A program made the translations under genes and the position numbers. A model generated the notes under the pieces. The model worked only from the letters and a program-made list of their open reading frames with translations. It ran no database searches and was not told where the DNA came from. Shown piece by piece: positions 9,940 to 20,130 of a stretch of 64,000 nucleotides of DNA. Origin of the DNA: Gemmatimonas sp. (GTDB lineage Bacteria; Gemmatimonadota; Gemmatimonadetes; Gemmatimonadales; Gemmatimonadaceae); the NCBI GenBank assembly GCA_965279375.1, contig OZ257156.1:3840001-3904000 (forward strand), read 5' to 3'. Positions within the stretch are counted from its first letter, which is position 1; each line of letters starts with the position of its first letter.

Positions 9940-12435
9940 TCAAACCGCGCGAATGAAGTGACCACGCGTGAACGCGCCATCGAGCATCGTTCGCGTGGTG
10001 GAGAGCTCTGGGGCGTCGCCGTTGGCCAGTGCCTGCAGTGCATCACGGTAGGCGCGCGTGATCGCTTCGATCGGCTCGCCGGGCACGTTGAACAACAGAT
10101 GGAATCCGCGGATGCCCTGCTCCCACAGCGTCGGCAGATACTCCGATGCGTCGATGGGGCGCGAATGCAGCAGTCGATTGCGACACGCCGAATCGGTCGC
10201 CACCGCGAATGTGTACCCTGCGGGATCGGTGATGGAGACGTTGACGTGCTTCTGCACGCACAGATCGCGACAGGTCGTCGGCTCGCGATCGAACGCCGCC
10301 GATAGGACGCAGTGCTCGATCGTCATGCCTTCGGGGCGTCCGTAGACGACGACATCGAATCCAGCGCCACCCCACGGCTTCACGAGCGATGCGATTTCAT
10401 CGAGTGTCAACTCAATCGACGCGGTGATGCGCGACGCGCCCTGCTCGAAAAGGAACTGCGCCGTGTGCTGGTTGAACGCGTTGACGGCATAGTCCGCGAC
10501 GACGTCGACACCGGCGCTCCCCTGCTCCGCTACGAGCCCAAGGTGACCCGAGAGGAGAGGCAGTCCGAGCGCGAGCCACTTGTCGAGACGTTTGCGTTCG
10601 TCTGGGCGCACAATAGTTGGCGTGCGGAGACGCAGCGTAACGCCCATGGCGGCCAAGTCGCTCTGCAGCGCATGCACTCGGGCGATCGGCGGCGCGGGGT
10701 GCCGCAGGAATGGATCGAGTACGATGTCCGTCGCGCCACCAGCCGCCGCCTGGCGTGCACTCTCGACATCGTACACCACGGCGCGCAGCGCGAAGGGTGC
10801 TTCTGCGCTGGAGGACCACGCGGGCGTCGCGATGGTCAGCTGCGAGACCGCGTCAGCGATGCGCTGATCTCGCGTGGCGCTCGTGCTGAGATGCGACCAG
10901 GTGAGTCGCTCGTCGAGCTGCTCGACCGCCTGCTGTCGAATGCGATTGAGCTCGCTGACGGGAAGGAAGAGCTCCTCGCCCAAACCGCTGGCCTCGAGCG
11001 CACCCAACACGAACTGCGTCTCACCCAGTCGTCCCAACTGTTCGCGAAGCTGCGCAACGTCTAACGAGCGCTTGCTGGCAGGCGCGAGCGGCGTCTCGCC
11101 CCGCACCGTCACTTCGTCCTCGCCAAACTGCCATACGGTCTTGAGCGGGCCGCCCGCGTGCCCAAACACGCGCACGTTCACGGCGGTGCGACCGACCTTC
11201 TCGGGCACCGCCACCTTGGCAAAGCTCTCCTGCGCGGTGCGCAGCAGCGTGACGTCGCTCGACCGTACGACGCGCCACCCTTCGGCGGGGCGCACACGCA
11301 TGCTCAACGCCTGACGATAGGTGCCATGTCGCGCGCTCACGGTGCGCACGCCCGCCACCATCCCACCGACACTGGTGGCCAGCGCCGTCGGCGATTCGAA
11401 GCCGATGCCGTCGCCAATCGAGATGGGGTGGGTGACGTCCACCAGAATGTCGTTGCCTTCGCGGCCAACGACCGTGCCGATCGGCAAGCCGCGATTGTCG
11501 GGCTGGTCGCGCGTGATGTAGTCGCGCCCGGCCCGACCGCCGTACATGCCGCCCGTGTTTCCGCGGCTGAAGATCTGCACGAGCGGCTCGACTTCGTCCG
11601 TCGGTGGCGGTGCGTGGTCACCCTTGGCCAACCGATCGAGCCACGTGCGATACGCATGGGTCACGGTCGCGACGTACTCGGGCTTCTTCTTGCGCCCTTC
11701 AACCTTGAGACAGCCGACGCCCAGCTCTGCGAGCTCCGCGAGGTGATCGTGCGCGGCAAGATCCTTCGCGGAAATCAGATAGCCAGTGTCCAGCGTCGCC
11801 TTGCTGGTCTCGTCGGTGAGCGTGTACTCCTTGCGACACGACTGCGCGCACGAGCCACGATTGGCGCTCCGCTCGGAGATCATGCCAGACATGAAGCACT
11901 GGCCGGAATACGAGATGCAGAGCGCGCCATGAATGAACGTCTCAAGGCCGAGCTCGGGCACGGCGGCGCGAATCGCGCGAATGTCGCTGAGCGTGTTCTC
12001 GCGCGCGAGCACCACGCGTTCGACGCCGAGCTGCTGCATGACGCGCGCGCCGGACGCGTCGTGCACGGTCATCTGCGTGGAGCCATGCACCTCGAGCTGC
12101 GGGTAGACGCGCTGAATGAGGCGCACTGCGCCCAAGTCCTGCACGATGGCAGCGTCGATCCCGCGGTCCACGCACTCGCCGAGGTACACGAGCGCGTCGG
12201 TCAGTTCCTGCGGCTTGATCAGGACGTTGAACGTCAAGTACACCCGCACGCCACGCGAATGCGCCAAGGCACAGGCCTGCGCGAGTTCGTCGAGCGACAG
12301 CTGTGCCCCTTCGTCGCGGGCATTGTACAGCGAGGCGCCGAGGTAGACGGCGTTCGCACCGTTGGCGACGGCGGCCCGCACGGCGTCGAGCGTGCCGGCG
12401 GGGGCGAGGAGTTCGGGGACAGTGACGTGAGGCAT
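9940..12435 (-). CDS. Peptidase U32 family Fe-S protein, long RlhA-like form (probable RNA hydroxylase)
   Basis: PELLAPAG, HGALCISYSGQC, SANRGSCAQSCR, LKVEGRKK. Its 831-aa length fits the long U32 subfamily. Confidence 0.88.
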   Translation of the reverse strand: MPHVTVPELLAPAGTLDAVRAAVANGANAVYLGASLYNARDEGAQLSLDELAQACALAHSRGVRVYLTFNVLIKPQELTDALVYLGECVDRGIDAAIVQDLGAVRLIQRVYPQLEVHGSTQMTVHDASGARVMQQLGVERVVLARENTLSDIRAIRAAVPELGLETFIHGALCISYSGQCFMSGMISERSANRGSCAQSCRKEYTLTDETSKATLDTGYLISAKDLAAHDHLAELAELGVGCLKVEGRKKKPEYVATVTHAYRTWLDRLAKGDHAPPPTDEVEPLVQIFSRGNTGGMYGGRAGRDYITRDQPDNRGLPIGTVVGREGNDILVDVTHPISIGDGIGFESPTALATSVGGMVAGVRTVSARHGTYRQALSMRVRPAEGWRVVRSSDVTLLRTAQESFAKVAVPEKVGRTAVNVRVFGHAGGPLKTVWQFGEDEVTVRGETPLAPASKRSLDVAQLREQLGRLGETQFVLGALEASGLGEELFLPVSELNRIRQQAVEQLDERLTWSHLSTSATRDQRIADAVSQLTIATPAWSSSAEAPFALRAVVYDVESARQAAAGGATDIVLDPFLRHPAPPIARVHALQSDLAAMGVTLRLRTPTIVRPDERKRLDKWLALGLPLLSGHLGLVAEQGSAGVDVVADYAVNAFNQHTAQFLFEQGASRITASIELTLDEIASLVKPWGGAGFDVVVYGRPEGMTIEHCVLSAAFDREPTTCRDLCVQKHVNVSITDPAGYTFAVATDSACRNRLLHSRPIDASEYLPTLWEQGIRGFHLLFNVPGEPIEAITRAYRDALQALANGDAPELSTTRTMLDGAFTRGHFIRAV

Positions 12436-12481
12436 CGGAAGAAATCTAGTCAGCCGAGTGCCGAACTCCCTTTTTCGGCGC

Positions 12482-12631
12482 TCAGCGCTTCAGTTTGGCC
12501 ACCAGCCGCAGCCCGAGGGCAGCCACCAGGCAGCCGATCGCCAAGAAGCGCGCCCAGTCAGTCCCGGTGCGTAACGCAAAGGCGAACGCAACGATCCCCG
12601 CACCAATCAGGACTAGCCGTGCGACCATCAT
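12482..12631 (-). CDS. Small two-helix membrane protein (49 aa), absent from the ORF track
   Basis: MMVARLVLIGAGIVAFAFALRTGTDWARFLAIGCLVAALGLRLVAKLKR. Its ATG overlaps the TGA of the upstream gene (ATGA coupling). Confidence 0.65.
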   Translation of the reverse strand: MMVARLVLIGAGIVAFAFALRTGTDWARFLAIGCLVAALGLRLVAKLKR

Positions 12632-12981
12632 GGAGCCGCCGGCAGACCCGCGGCGCGGGCCTGATCGTCGGGAACGTCGATCACCAGACGCAGGAGCGCC
12701 GTGGAGTAGACCTTTCCCTGGGCGTCCGTCTTGAGCGAAAGCGTCCCGCCGCCGTCGAGCGCCCCGTGGAGCAGGAAGTTGATGGCCGAGAGGTTGGGGA
12801 GTTCAAAGCGCACCACGTCGCCGTGAATCTGACCGGCAAAGTGCGCAGCCACCCGCTCGCGAGTCACGTACCGATCGAGGAACGGATACCACTCGGGCTT
12901 GAGCGCGATCACGCCCACATTGGCCGTGTCTCCCTTGTCGCCGCTGCGCGCGTGCGCGATGTCGAGCAAACGAACGTGCAT
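12628..12981 (-). CDS. Stand-alone AtuA C-terminal-like domain protein
   Basis: Start re-chosen at MHVRLLDIAHARSGDKGD. Motifs HARSGDKG and LDGGGTLSLKTDAQGK. Confidence 0.85.
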   Translation of the reverse strand: MHVRLLDIAHARSGDKGDTANVGVIALKPEWYPFLDRYVTRERVAAHFAGQIHGDVVRFELPNLSAINFLLHGALDGGGTLSLKTDAQGKVYSTALLRLVIDVPDDQARAAGLPAAP

Positions 12982-12986
12982 GAGCG

Positions 12987-14357
12987 CTACTCCAGGATGC
13001 GAACGGACGTGGTGACCGCGCGCTTGTCGAGCAGCGCAGGCCAGTAGGCGACGATCTCTTCGACCTTCGGGCGACCACCTGCGAAACCGGTGACGCTCGG
13101 CGGCCCGTTGAGCACCAGCGGCGCGATTTCGCGCGTGAAGCGCTCGACGGCCGCGCGATCGGGGCCGCGCACGCCGATGCGCCACTGCACTTCGGGTGCA
13201 TCCTGCCCATCACCCGCGAGTGCGCCGTGAGTGGCGTTGGCCCCCACGAACTCGCTCAGGATGTGGTCGAACTTGAGTCCGAGGTTGTCGAGGCGCTCAC
13301 GCAGCACCCGATCGGCCAGCTGCGCTTTCTCCATGGCATCTGGCCACGAGTAGACAAGCGAACCCACCGCCTTGTAGCCAGCACGATAGGCAATCGAGAC
13401 CTTGAGGAACGGCGTGGGATGCGCGCCGGTGATGCCATGCACGCGCACGCGATTCTCACCATCGTCAGCGACGCGAATGCTGGTGAAATCCGCGACGACA
13501 TCCGGCGTGATGTAGGCGTGCGGATCGCCCATCTCGTACACGAGCTGCTCCGTCACGCTGGGGACGTTGATACGGCCACCAGTGTTCGGATGCTTGGTGA
13601 TGACGAAGGATCCATCGGCGTATGCTTCCGCGATCGGATAGCCGATGTTGGCCAGATCAGGGATGTTGCGCCAATCGTGCAGGCAGTTCCCACCCGACGA
13701 CTGTGCACCACACTCGAGGATGTGTCCTGCGACAATTCCCGAGGCGAGGGCATTCCAGTCATCCGCCTTCCAGCCGAACTCGTGGCGCAGCGGCGCCATG
13801 GTGAGTGCGGTGTCGGTGCTGCGGCCAATCACGACGACGTTTGCGCCGCGCTCCAGCGCTTCGACGATCGGCGTGGAGCCGATGTAGGCGTTGGCCGAGA
13901 GCACGTGTTCGCGCACCGTCGAAAGCGGTTCACCCGTGTCCATGTTCGCGAGCGGGTGCCCCTCGGCGATGAGCGTGTCGAGGCGTCCGAGGATGTCGTC
14001 CCCCGTGACAACGCCAATGCGAATCTTGCCTCGCAGGCCAGCCTTTTCGGCCGCCGCGAGCACGGCTTCGGCGCAGGCGTCGGGATTCACACCGCCGGCG
14101 TTGGCGATGACTTTCACACCGCGATGCGCGACGGCGTCGAAGACGCTTTCCATCGCGCCGATGAAGTCGCGCGCGTAGCCCATCTTGGGGTCGCGTTCCT
14201 TCTGCTTCTGCAGAATGGACATCGTGACTTCGGCGAGATAGTCGAGCATGAGATAGTCGACCTGACCGCCTTCCACCTGGCGACGAGGTGCTTCGAGCCA
14301 ATCGCCCCAGAAGCCCTGTCCGCTGGCCACGCGAATCACCCGCGGGGCATCACTCAT
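12987..14357 (-). CDS. Acyclic terpene utilisation AtuA family protein (DUF1446), N-terminal part
   Basis: GQGFWGD, DYLAEVTMSIL, NAGGVNP, GHILECGAQ, EQLVYEMGDP.AYITPDV. Confidence 0.88.
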   Translation of the reverse strand: MSDAPRVIRVASGQGFWGDWLEAPRRQVEGGQVDYLMLDYLAEVTMSILQKQKERDPKMGYARDFIGAMESVFDAVAHRGVKVIANAGGVNPDACAEAVLAAAEKAGLRGKIRIGVVTGDDILGRLDTLIAEGHPLANMDTGEPLSTVREHVLSANAYIGSTPIVEALERGANVVVIGRSTDTALTMAPLRHEFGWKADDWNALASGIVAGHILECGAQSSGGNCLHDWRNIPDLANIGYPIAEAYADGSFVITKHPNTGGRINVPSVTEQLVYEMGDPHAYITPDVVADFTSIRVADDGENRVRVHGITGAHPTPFLKVSIAYRAGYKAVGSLVYSWPDAMEKAQLADRVLRERLDNLGLKFDHILSEFVGANATHGALAGDGQDAPEVQWRIGVRGPDRAAVERFTREIAPLVLNGPPSVTGFAGGRPKVEEIVAYWPALLDKRAVTTSVRILE

Positions 14358-14378
14358 GACAACTCCCATGACAACTCC
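14355..14378 (-). repeat. Perfect 12-nt tandem duplication of SD + start codon (GGAGTTGTCATG x2)
   Basis: Plus strand catgacaactcc-catgacaactcc. Confidence 0.9.
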
Positions 14379-14393
14379 AGAATCGGTGCGCGC

Positions 14394-16004
14394 TCACGCG
14401 GGCACGCCGGGCATCGGCGGCAGCACGAACGCACCAAGGTGCGGGCCAGGATTGTTGCGAGCGGCACGCAGCGCGAGTGCGAGCGTGGACCGCGTGTTCT
14501 CGGGATAGATGATCGCGTCGGCGAAACCGCGTGCTGCTGCGTAACGTGCGTCAAGCTGCGCTTCGTAATCGGCGCGCATCGCCGCGACGGCCTGCACGAC
14601 TTCGTCGCTCGGCGATACGCCCGCCTTCTTGGCGGCATCGAGCGCGGGACCATGCACGGCCTGAATCGCGGCCTCGCCTTCCATGACCGCCATACGTCCG
14701 GTCGGCCACGAGAAGATGAAGTCAGGATCGAAACCCTGTCCGGCCATCGCGTAGTAGCCTGCGCCACTCGCGTGATTGACCGTGAGCACGATCTTGGGCA
14801 CGCGCGCACACGCCATCGCTTCCACGAAGCGTGCACCGGCGCGGATGATTCCCTCGTGCTCGGCGTCGGGCCCGACCATGAAGCCGGACACGTCCTGTAC
14901 GAAGAGCAGCGGAATCCCCTGCCGTTCGCAGCGTTCGATGTAGAACGCCACCTTTTCCGCGCTCTCGGCGTAGATGATGCCGCCAAAGCGAGGACGCTCG
15001 CCGGCGCGCCCCTTGATGAGGCCGCGCTGATTGGCGATAACGCCGACAGCGATCCCTTCGATGCGCGCATCGCCGCAGATCATTTCCTTCGCGAGATGCG
15101 GCTGGAACTCATCGATGGCGCCATCGTCGAGCACGGCCTTGAGCAGGCCGTGCATGTCGTACGACATGCGATGATCGGTGGGCAGGAGGTCGTACAGCTC
15201 CTGCGGCGGAATCGCGGGCGGTCGATGCGTGGGATCGACGTGGAGCGTGCGCGGCAATCGCGCGATCAGCTCACGGATCTTGTCGAGACACGACGGGTCG
15301 TCATCGAGCGCGTAGTGCGCGACCCCGGACACCTCAGTGTGCGTGATGGCCCCACCGAGCGTTTCGCCGTCGACCGTCTGTCCGGTGGCACCCTTCACGA
15401 GATTCGGGCCACCCAGTCCCATGAACGACGTGCCCTTCACCATCAGAATCACGTCGCTGAGCGCGGGAAGATAGGCGCCACCGGCCACGCACTGCCCCAT
15501 CACGGCGGCGAACTGCGGGATTCGCAGGTACCGGCGCATGATCGAGTTGTAGTAGAAGATGCGCGCCGCGCCGAACTGTCCCGGGAATACACCGCCCTGA
15601 TACGGCAGGTTAACCCCGGCCGAATCCACGAGGTACACGATGGGAACACGGCAGCGCATGGCGACTTCCTGCGCGCGCAGGATCTTGGAGATCGTCTCTG
15701 GCCACCAGGAGCCGGCTTTGACGGTGGCGTCGTTCGCCACGATGACGACTTCGCGACCGTCGACGGTGCCGAGTCCCGTGATGACGCCGGCTCCCGGTGC
15801 TTGTCCGTCGTACTGGTCGTAGGCGACGAGGAGACCGATCTCAACGAACGGCGTTCCCGGATCGATCAGGCGTTCAACGCGCTCGCGCGCGGTGAGCTTT
15901 CCCTGCTTGTGCTGCCGGTCGATCTTGTCCTGCCCGCCGCCCAAGCGAAGCGTGGCTTCGAGCGTGCGAACTTCATCGGACAGTTGGCGAAGCCGTGTGC
16001 TCAT
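14394..16004 (-). CDS. Acyl-CoA carboxylase carboxyltransferase (beta) subunit
   Basis: [53 protein letters not shown]. Confidence 0.92.
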   Translation of the reverse strand: MSTRLRQLSDEVRTLEATLRLGGGQDKIDRQHKQGKLTARERVERLIDPGTPFVEIGLLVAYDQYDGQAPGAGVITGLGTVDGREVVIVANDATVKAGSWWPETISKILRAQEVAMRCRVPIVYLVDSAGVNLPYQGGVFPGQFGAARIFYYNSIMRRYLRIPQFAAVMGQCVAGGAYLPALSDVILMVKGTSFMGLGGPNLVKGATGQTVDGETLGGAITHTEVSGVAHYALDDDPSCLDKIRELIARLPRTLHVDPTHRPPAIPPQELYDLLPTDHRMSYDMHGLLKAVLDDGAIDEFQPHLAKEMICGDARIEGIAVGVIANQRGLIKGRAGERPRFGGIIYAESAEKVAFYIERCERQGIPLLFVQDVSGFMVGPDAEHEGIIRAGARFVEAMACARVPKIVLTVNHASGAGYYAMAGQGFDPDFIFSWPTGRMAVMEGEAAIQAVHGPALDAAKKAGVSPSDEVVQAVAAMRADYEAQLDARYAAARGFADAIIYPENTRSTLALALRAARNNPGPHLGAFVLPPMPGVPA

Positions 16005-16414
16005 GCGTCCTGCTGCTCACGTTCGGCAAACCACTCGCGGATGTAGTTCACGAGGTCCTGCGTGTTCGTGCCGGGGCCGAAGAGACGCGCGATGCCGCTG
16101 GCCTGCAGCGACTCCATGTCTTCTTTGGGAATGATGCCGCCGCCGGTGAGCAGAATGTCGTCGCGGCCGGCTTCAACGAGCAGGTCGCGCACACGCGGGA
16201 AGAGCGTCATGTGTGCGCCGCTCAGGATGGACAGGCCGACGACATCCACGTCTTCCTGAATCGCCGCGGTGGCGATCATTTCGGGCGTCTGGTGGAGGCC
16301 GGTGTAGATCACTTCCATGCCAGCATCTCGGAGCGCGGCAGCAACGACCTTGGCACCGCGGTCGTGTCCGTCGAGCCCGGGCTTGGCAACCAGCACGCGA
16401 ATGGGTCGAGTCAT
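16001..16414 (-). CDS. Cobalamin-binding small subunit of acyl-CoA mutase (IcmB-like)
   Basis: Start re-chosen at [20 protein letters not shown] (DxHxxG), plus GLSILSGAH. Confidence 0.93.
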   Translation of the reverse strand: MTRPIRVLVAKPGLDGHDRGAKVVAAALRDAGMEVIYTGLHQTPEMIATAAIQEDVDVVGLSILSGAHMTLFPRVRDLLVEAGRDDILLTGGGIIPKEDMESLQASGIARLFGPGTNTQDLVNYIREWFAEREQQDA

Positions 16415-16442
16415 GGGGAGGGTATCGGAGGGAAATGCATGC

Positions 16443-17231
16443 TTAGCCTTCTTTACGCGCGAGGAGGAGCATCTCGCTGGATCGCCGGGTGAGTGGGCGA
16501 TCCTCCCACGCGTTGAACGCCTGTTCGACGACCAAGCCAACGTCGCGCATTCGCGCCGCCAGTTCGGAGGCCGTGTACAGGCGAATGCGATGTGTGCGTT
16601 CGCCGTCGCCTTGGGGACCACGCCACGTGCTGGTGATTTCGAGAAAGCCGGAGAGCGGATCGAAGCGGCGTTCCTGCCCGAAAACTGTACCGTCGGCCGT
16701 GCTCCACCAATCGCGCGACAGAAACTTGGCCATCACGCCATCGCGACTTCCGCCGTGCCACACCAGCACGCCGCCAGGCTTGAGCACGCGAGCGAACTCG
16801 GCCAACACCCGCAGATCATCCTTCGGATCGTCGAAGAACCCGAACGACGTGAAGAGATCGAGTACGGCATCGAAACGCCCCGTCCAGCGCGCGGGCAGCT
16901 TTCGCATGTCGCCGCGCGTGTAGCGCAGCCGACGCGACGTCCCGCGCTTGCTCGCCACATCGAGCAGATCCTGCGAGTAGTCGAGGCCGTCCACATCGAA
17001 GCCCGCCTCCGCCAGCAGGTGCGCGTGTCGCCCTTGCCCGCAGGGACAATCGAGCACACGTGCACCAGAGGGCAGCTCCATCACCTCGATGAGACGACCG
17101 ACCTCACGACGATCCTGCACCAGATCGAACAGCGGCTCGTACTCGTGCAGATACTGCTGCGTGAAGTGCGTACTCCACCACGCCGCCGGCGCTGCCGCCG
17201 GCGACTTCGCGGAGGGCACCTCCGCCTTCAC
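16443..17231 (-). CDS. Class I SAM-dependent methyltransferase
   Basis: [34 protein letters not shown]. The GTG start is approximate. Confidence 0.88.
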   Translation of the reverse strand: MKAEVPSAKSPAAAPAAWWSTHFTQQYLHEYEPLFDLVQDRREVGRLIEVMELPSGARVLDCPCGQGRHAHLLAEAGFDVDGLDYSQDLLDVASKRGTSRRLRYTRGDMRKLPARWTGRFDAVLDLFTSFGFFDDPKDDLRVLAEFARVLKPGGVLVWHGGSRDGVMAKFLSRDWWSTADGTVFGQERRFDPLSGFLEITSTWRGPQGDGERTHRIRLYTASELAARMRDVGLVVEQAFNAWEDRPLTRRSSEMLLLARKEG

Positions 17232-17248
17232 GCGCTTCCGGCGAATGG

Positions 17249-18943
17249 TCAGAAGAACACCGGCTCGCGATACGCACCAAAGACATCTTCCAACGCCGCG
17301 CGGATCTCGTACAGCGTGCAGTAGCAGCGAGCGCAATCGAGGATGAACGGCACCACGTTGGCGTCGGTACGTGCGGCGTTGCGCAGTGCGTCCAGTCGCT
17401 GTGCGACGAGCGCGCTGTCTCGCGTGGCACGCACCTTGGCCAGACGCTCGCGCTGCTCGATGTCCGCTTCCTGGCCGATGCGCAGGATCGGAATGGAGAG
17501 TTCTTCCTCGTCGGTGACGAACTCATTGACACCAACGACCAGCTTGCGACGCTGCTCGATCTCCCACTGCTGACGCGCGGCGCTCTCGTTGATGCGCTTC
17601 TGGAACCAGCCGTCTTCGAGGCCCTTCACCACGCCACCAATCTCGCCGATGCGCGCGAATTGTTCTTCCGCTTCGCGTTCCAGCTGATCGGTCAACGCTT
17701 CGATGTAGTACGAGCCGCCAAGCGGATCCATGACGTTGGGGACGCCCGTTTCGTACGCGAGGATCTGTTGCGTGCGGAGCGCCACCTGCACCGCACTCTC
17801 GGTGGGCAGCGAAAGCGTCTCGTCCATCGAGTTGGTGTGCAGCGACTGCGTGCCACCGAGGACCGCCGCGAGCGCCTGATAGGCTACGCGTACGACGTTG
17901 TTGGTGGGTTGCTGAGCCGTCAGCGTCACACCCGCGGTCTGCGAATGGAAGCGCATCATCCACGAGCGCGGGTTCTTGGCGCCGTAGCGCTCCTTCAGGT
18001 GACGCGCCCAGATGCGGCGCGCAGCGCGCAACTTGGCGATCTCCTCGAAGAAGTCGTTGTGGATGTCCCAGAAGAACGACAGGCGCGGCGCGAAGTCATC
18101 GACGTCGAGTCCCCGTGCGATGCCGCGCTCCACGTACGTGAAGCCGTCGGCGAGCGTGAACGCGAGCTCCTGCGCAGCCGTCGCTCCCGCTTCGCGGATG
18201 TGGTAGCCCGAGATCGAGATCGTGTTCCAGTTGGGCGTGTGCTCAGCGCACCACGCGAAGCCATCCACGATCAGGCGCAGCGCCGGCTCGATCGGGAAGC
18301 ACCAGGCGTGCTGCGCCATGTACTCCTTCAGGATGTCGTTCTGCACCGTGCCCTGCAGCTTGTCGGCGCTCACGCCCTGCTTTTCCGCCGCTGCCACGTA
18401 GAAGCAGAGGAGGATGATGGCAGGACCATTGATCGTCATCGACGTGGAAACCTTGTCGAGCGGAATGCCCTCGAAGAGCGTCTCCATGTCGGCGAGCGAC
18501 GAGATCGCGACACCGCACTTGCCGACTTCACCCTCCGATCGCGGATGATCGGAGTCGTAGCCCATCAGCGTCGGGAAATCGAACGCCACCGAGAGGCCCG
18601 TCTGCCCCTGTGACAGCAGGAACTTGTAGCGCTGATTGGTCTCGCGCGCCGTCCCGAATCCAGCGAACTGCCGCATCGTCCACAGCTTGCCGCGATAGCC
18701 CGTCGGGTGAATGCCGCGCGTGAAGGGCCACTGTCCCGGCAGTTCGAACGCGGATCCGGCCGATCCTTCCAAATCGAGTGCCGTGTAGAGAGGCGGCACT
18801 TCGACGGCAGAGTTGGTGAAGGCGATGTCGCGCTTGCGGCCCTTCTCGTACTGCGAGCGCCACTGCCCAACCTCAGCGCGCAGCTCGTCGAGCTCCGCCT
18901 GCTGCTGTCGCACCACCTCTTCGAGTTCGTGAGTCGTCGTCAT
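17249..18943 (-). CDS. B12-dependent acyl-CoA mutase large subunit, isobutyryl-CoA mutase type (IcmA-like)
   Basis: [51 protein letters not shown]. Confidence 0.9.
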   Translation of the reverse strand: MTTTHELEEVVRQQQAELDELRAEVGQWRSQYEKGRKRDIAFTNSAVEVPPLYTALDLEGSAGSAFELPGQWPFTRGIHPTGYRGKLWTMRQFAGFGTARETNQRYKFLLSQGQTGLSVAFDFPTLMGYDSDHPRSEGEVGKCGVAISSLADMETLFEGIPLDKVSTSMTINGPAIILLCFYVAAAEKQGVSADKLQGTVQNDILKEYMAQHAWCFPIEPALRLIVDGFAWCAEHTPNWNTISISGYHIREAGATAAQELAFTLADGFTYVERGIARGLDVDDFAPRLSFFWDIHNDFFEEIAKLRAARRIWARHLKERYGAKNPRSWMMRFHSQTAGVTLTAQQPTNNVVRVAYQALAAVLGGTQSLHTNSMDETLSLPTESAVQVALRTQQILAYETGVPNVMDPLGGSYYIEALTDQLEREAEEQFARIGEIGGVVKGLEDGWFQKRINESAARQQWEIEQRRKLVVGVNEFVTDEEELSIPILRIGQEADIEQRERLAKVRATRDSALVAQRLDALRNAARTDANVVPFILDCARCYCTLYEIRAALEDVFGAYREPVFF

Positions 18944-20130
18944 GAGTCCGTTCGCGAAGTGGGCGCCAGAGGGCCACGGTATACGGCGCCGGTAAGAAGC
19001 GAGGAGCTGCGGGCGCGCAGTTGATCGGCGACGGCAAAGGGCGCGATCTCTCCCGCCTCAAGCGCCGGCAACTGCTCGTCCAACCACCCCAGAGTATCGG
19101 TATCTCCCCACAACTGCTGCTGCACCTGCTGTTCGACGATCTCCATGACCCGCTCGCGCAGGCGCTGTCGACGGCGTGAGCCGAGCTCGCCACTGGCGAC
19201 AAGATAGCGAAAATGCCGGTCAAGGGCGTCCATGACCTCGCTGATCCCCTCGCCCTTGGCTGCCACGCTCCGCAGTACCGGCGGCGTCCACGACTCGACG
19301 GAATCCGCCTGCGCCGCTGCCCGCGCGGCTCGTGCCGGATTCATAGCGTCTCGCAACGCGTCTCGATCGGGGATGCTTCGCAGATCCACGCCGTGATGCG
19401 CCGGCACGTTGTGCGTCGCCGCACCCGCGCGAAGTCCGAGCATGAGTTCGATATCGTTGCGCAGACGGTCGGCGCCCGGTCGATCGGCCTTGTTCACTGC
19501 ATACACGTCAGCGATCTCCATCACGCCCGCTTTAAGCGTCTGAATGGAATCGCCGGACTCCGGCACGAGAACGACCAGCGTGGTGTCTGCGGCGCGGGCG
19601 ATGTCGAGCTCGCTCTGCCCCACGCCAACCGTCTCCAACAGGATGACGTCCATGCCAAAGGCGTCGATCACGTCGCACACCTCACGGGTGGCCGTGGCCA
19701 ACCCGCCGAGCGAGCCGCGCGTAGCCATTGATCGGATGAACACGCCGGGGTCGAGGGCGACCTCCTCCATGCGAATGCGATCACCCAAGAGTGCGCCGCC
19801 AGTGAATGGCGACGTGGGATCCACGGCCACGATGCCCACGCGCAAATTGAGCGCGCGATACGCGACCGCCAGCCGTGTGGTGAGGGTGCTCTTGCCGGCG
19901 CCTGGCGGACCGGTGATTCCGACGCGCCGGGCACGACCCACGAGCGGATGCATGAAGGCGAGCAGCTGATCGAATCCCGAACGATGGTTCTCCACGATGC
20001 TGACGGCACGCGCGAGCGCCGCTGGTTTGCCCTCGGAGAACTGCTGCATCAGTCGCTCGTGCGCCTTGGACAGCCCTTTCGGGAGCACCGTGATCGATCC
20101 GTCCTGTTGCACGGCTGGAGAATTCGTCAT
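18940..20130 (-). CDS. meaB: MeaB/ArgK GTPase chaperone of B12 mutases
   Basis: [45 protein letters not shown]. Confidence 0.95.
   Translation of the reverse strand: MTNSPAVQQDGSITVLPKGLSKAHERLMQQFSEGKPAALARAVSIVENHRSGFDQLLAFMHPLVGRARRVGITGPPGAGKSTLTTRLAVAYRALNLRVGIVAVDPTSPFTGGALLGDRIRMEEVALDPGVFIRSMATRGSLGGLATATREVCDVIDAFGMDVILLETVGVGQSELDIARAADTTLVVLVPESGDSIQTLKAGVMEIADVYAVNKADRPGADRLRNDIELMLGLRAGAATHNVPAHHGVDLRSIPDRDALRDAMNPARAARAAAQADSVESWTPPVLRSVAAKGEGISEVMDALDRHFRYLVASGELGSRRRQRLRERVMEIVEQQVQQQLWGDTDTLGWLDEQLPALEAGEIAPFAVADQLRARSSSLLTGAVYRGPLAPTSRTDS

Noticed and set aside
12460..12479. GCCGAA...TTCGGC as a LexA box upstream of U32/recQ
   Set aside because: It is an inverted repeat, not a direct one, and is more simply a hairpin at the end of the upstream operon.
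13227..16046. 939-aa plus-strand ORF (also 11158..13047, 24257..25600, 33259..35034, 6610..7818, 61559..62785)
   Set aside because: These are antisense shadows of well-supported minus-strand genes. They are expected from high-GC codon bias and show no recognisable motifs.
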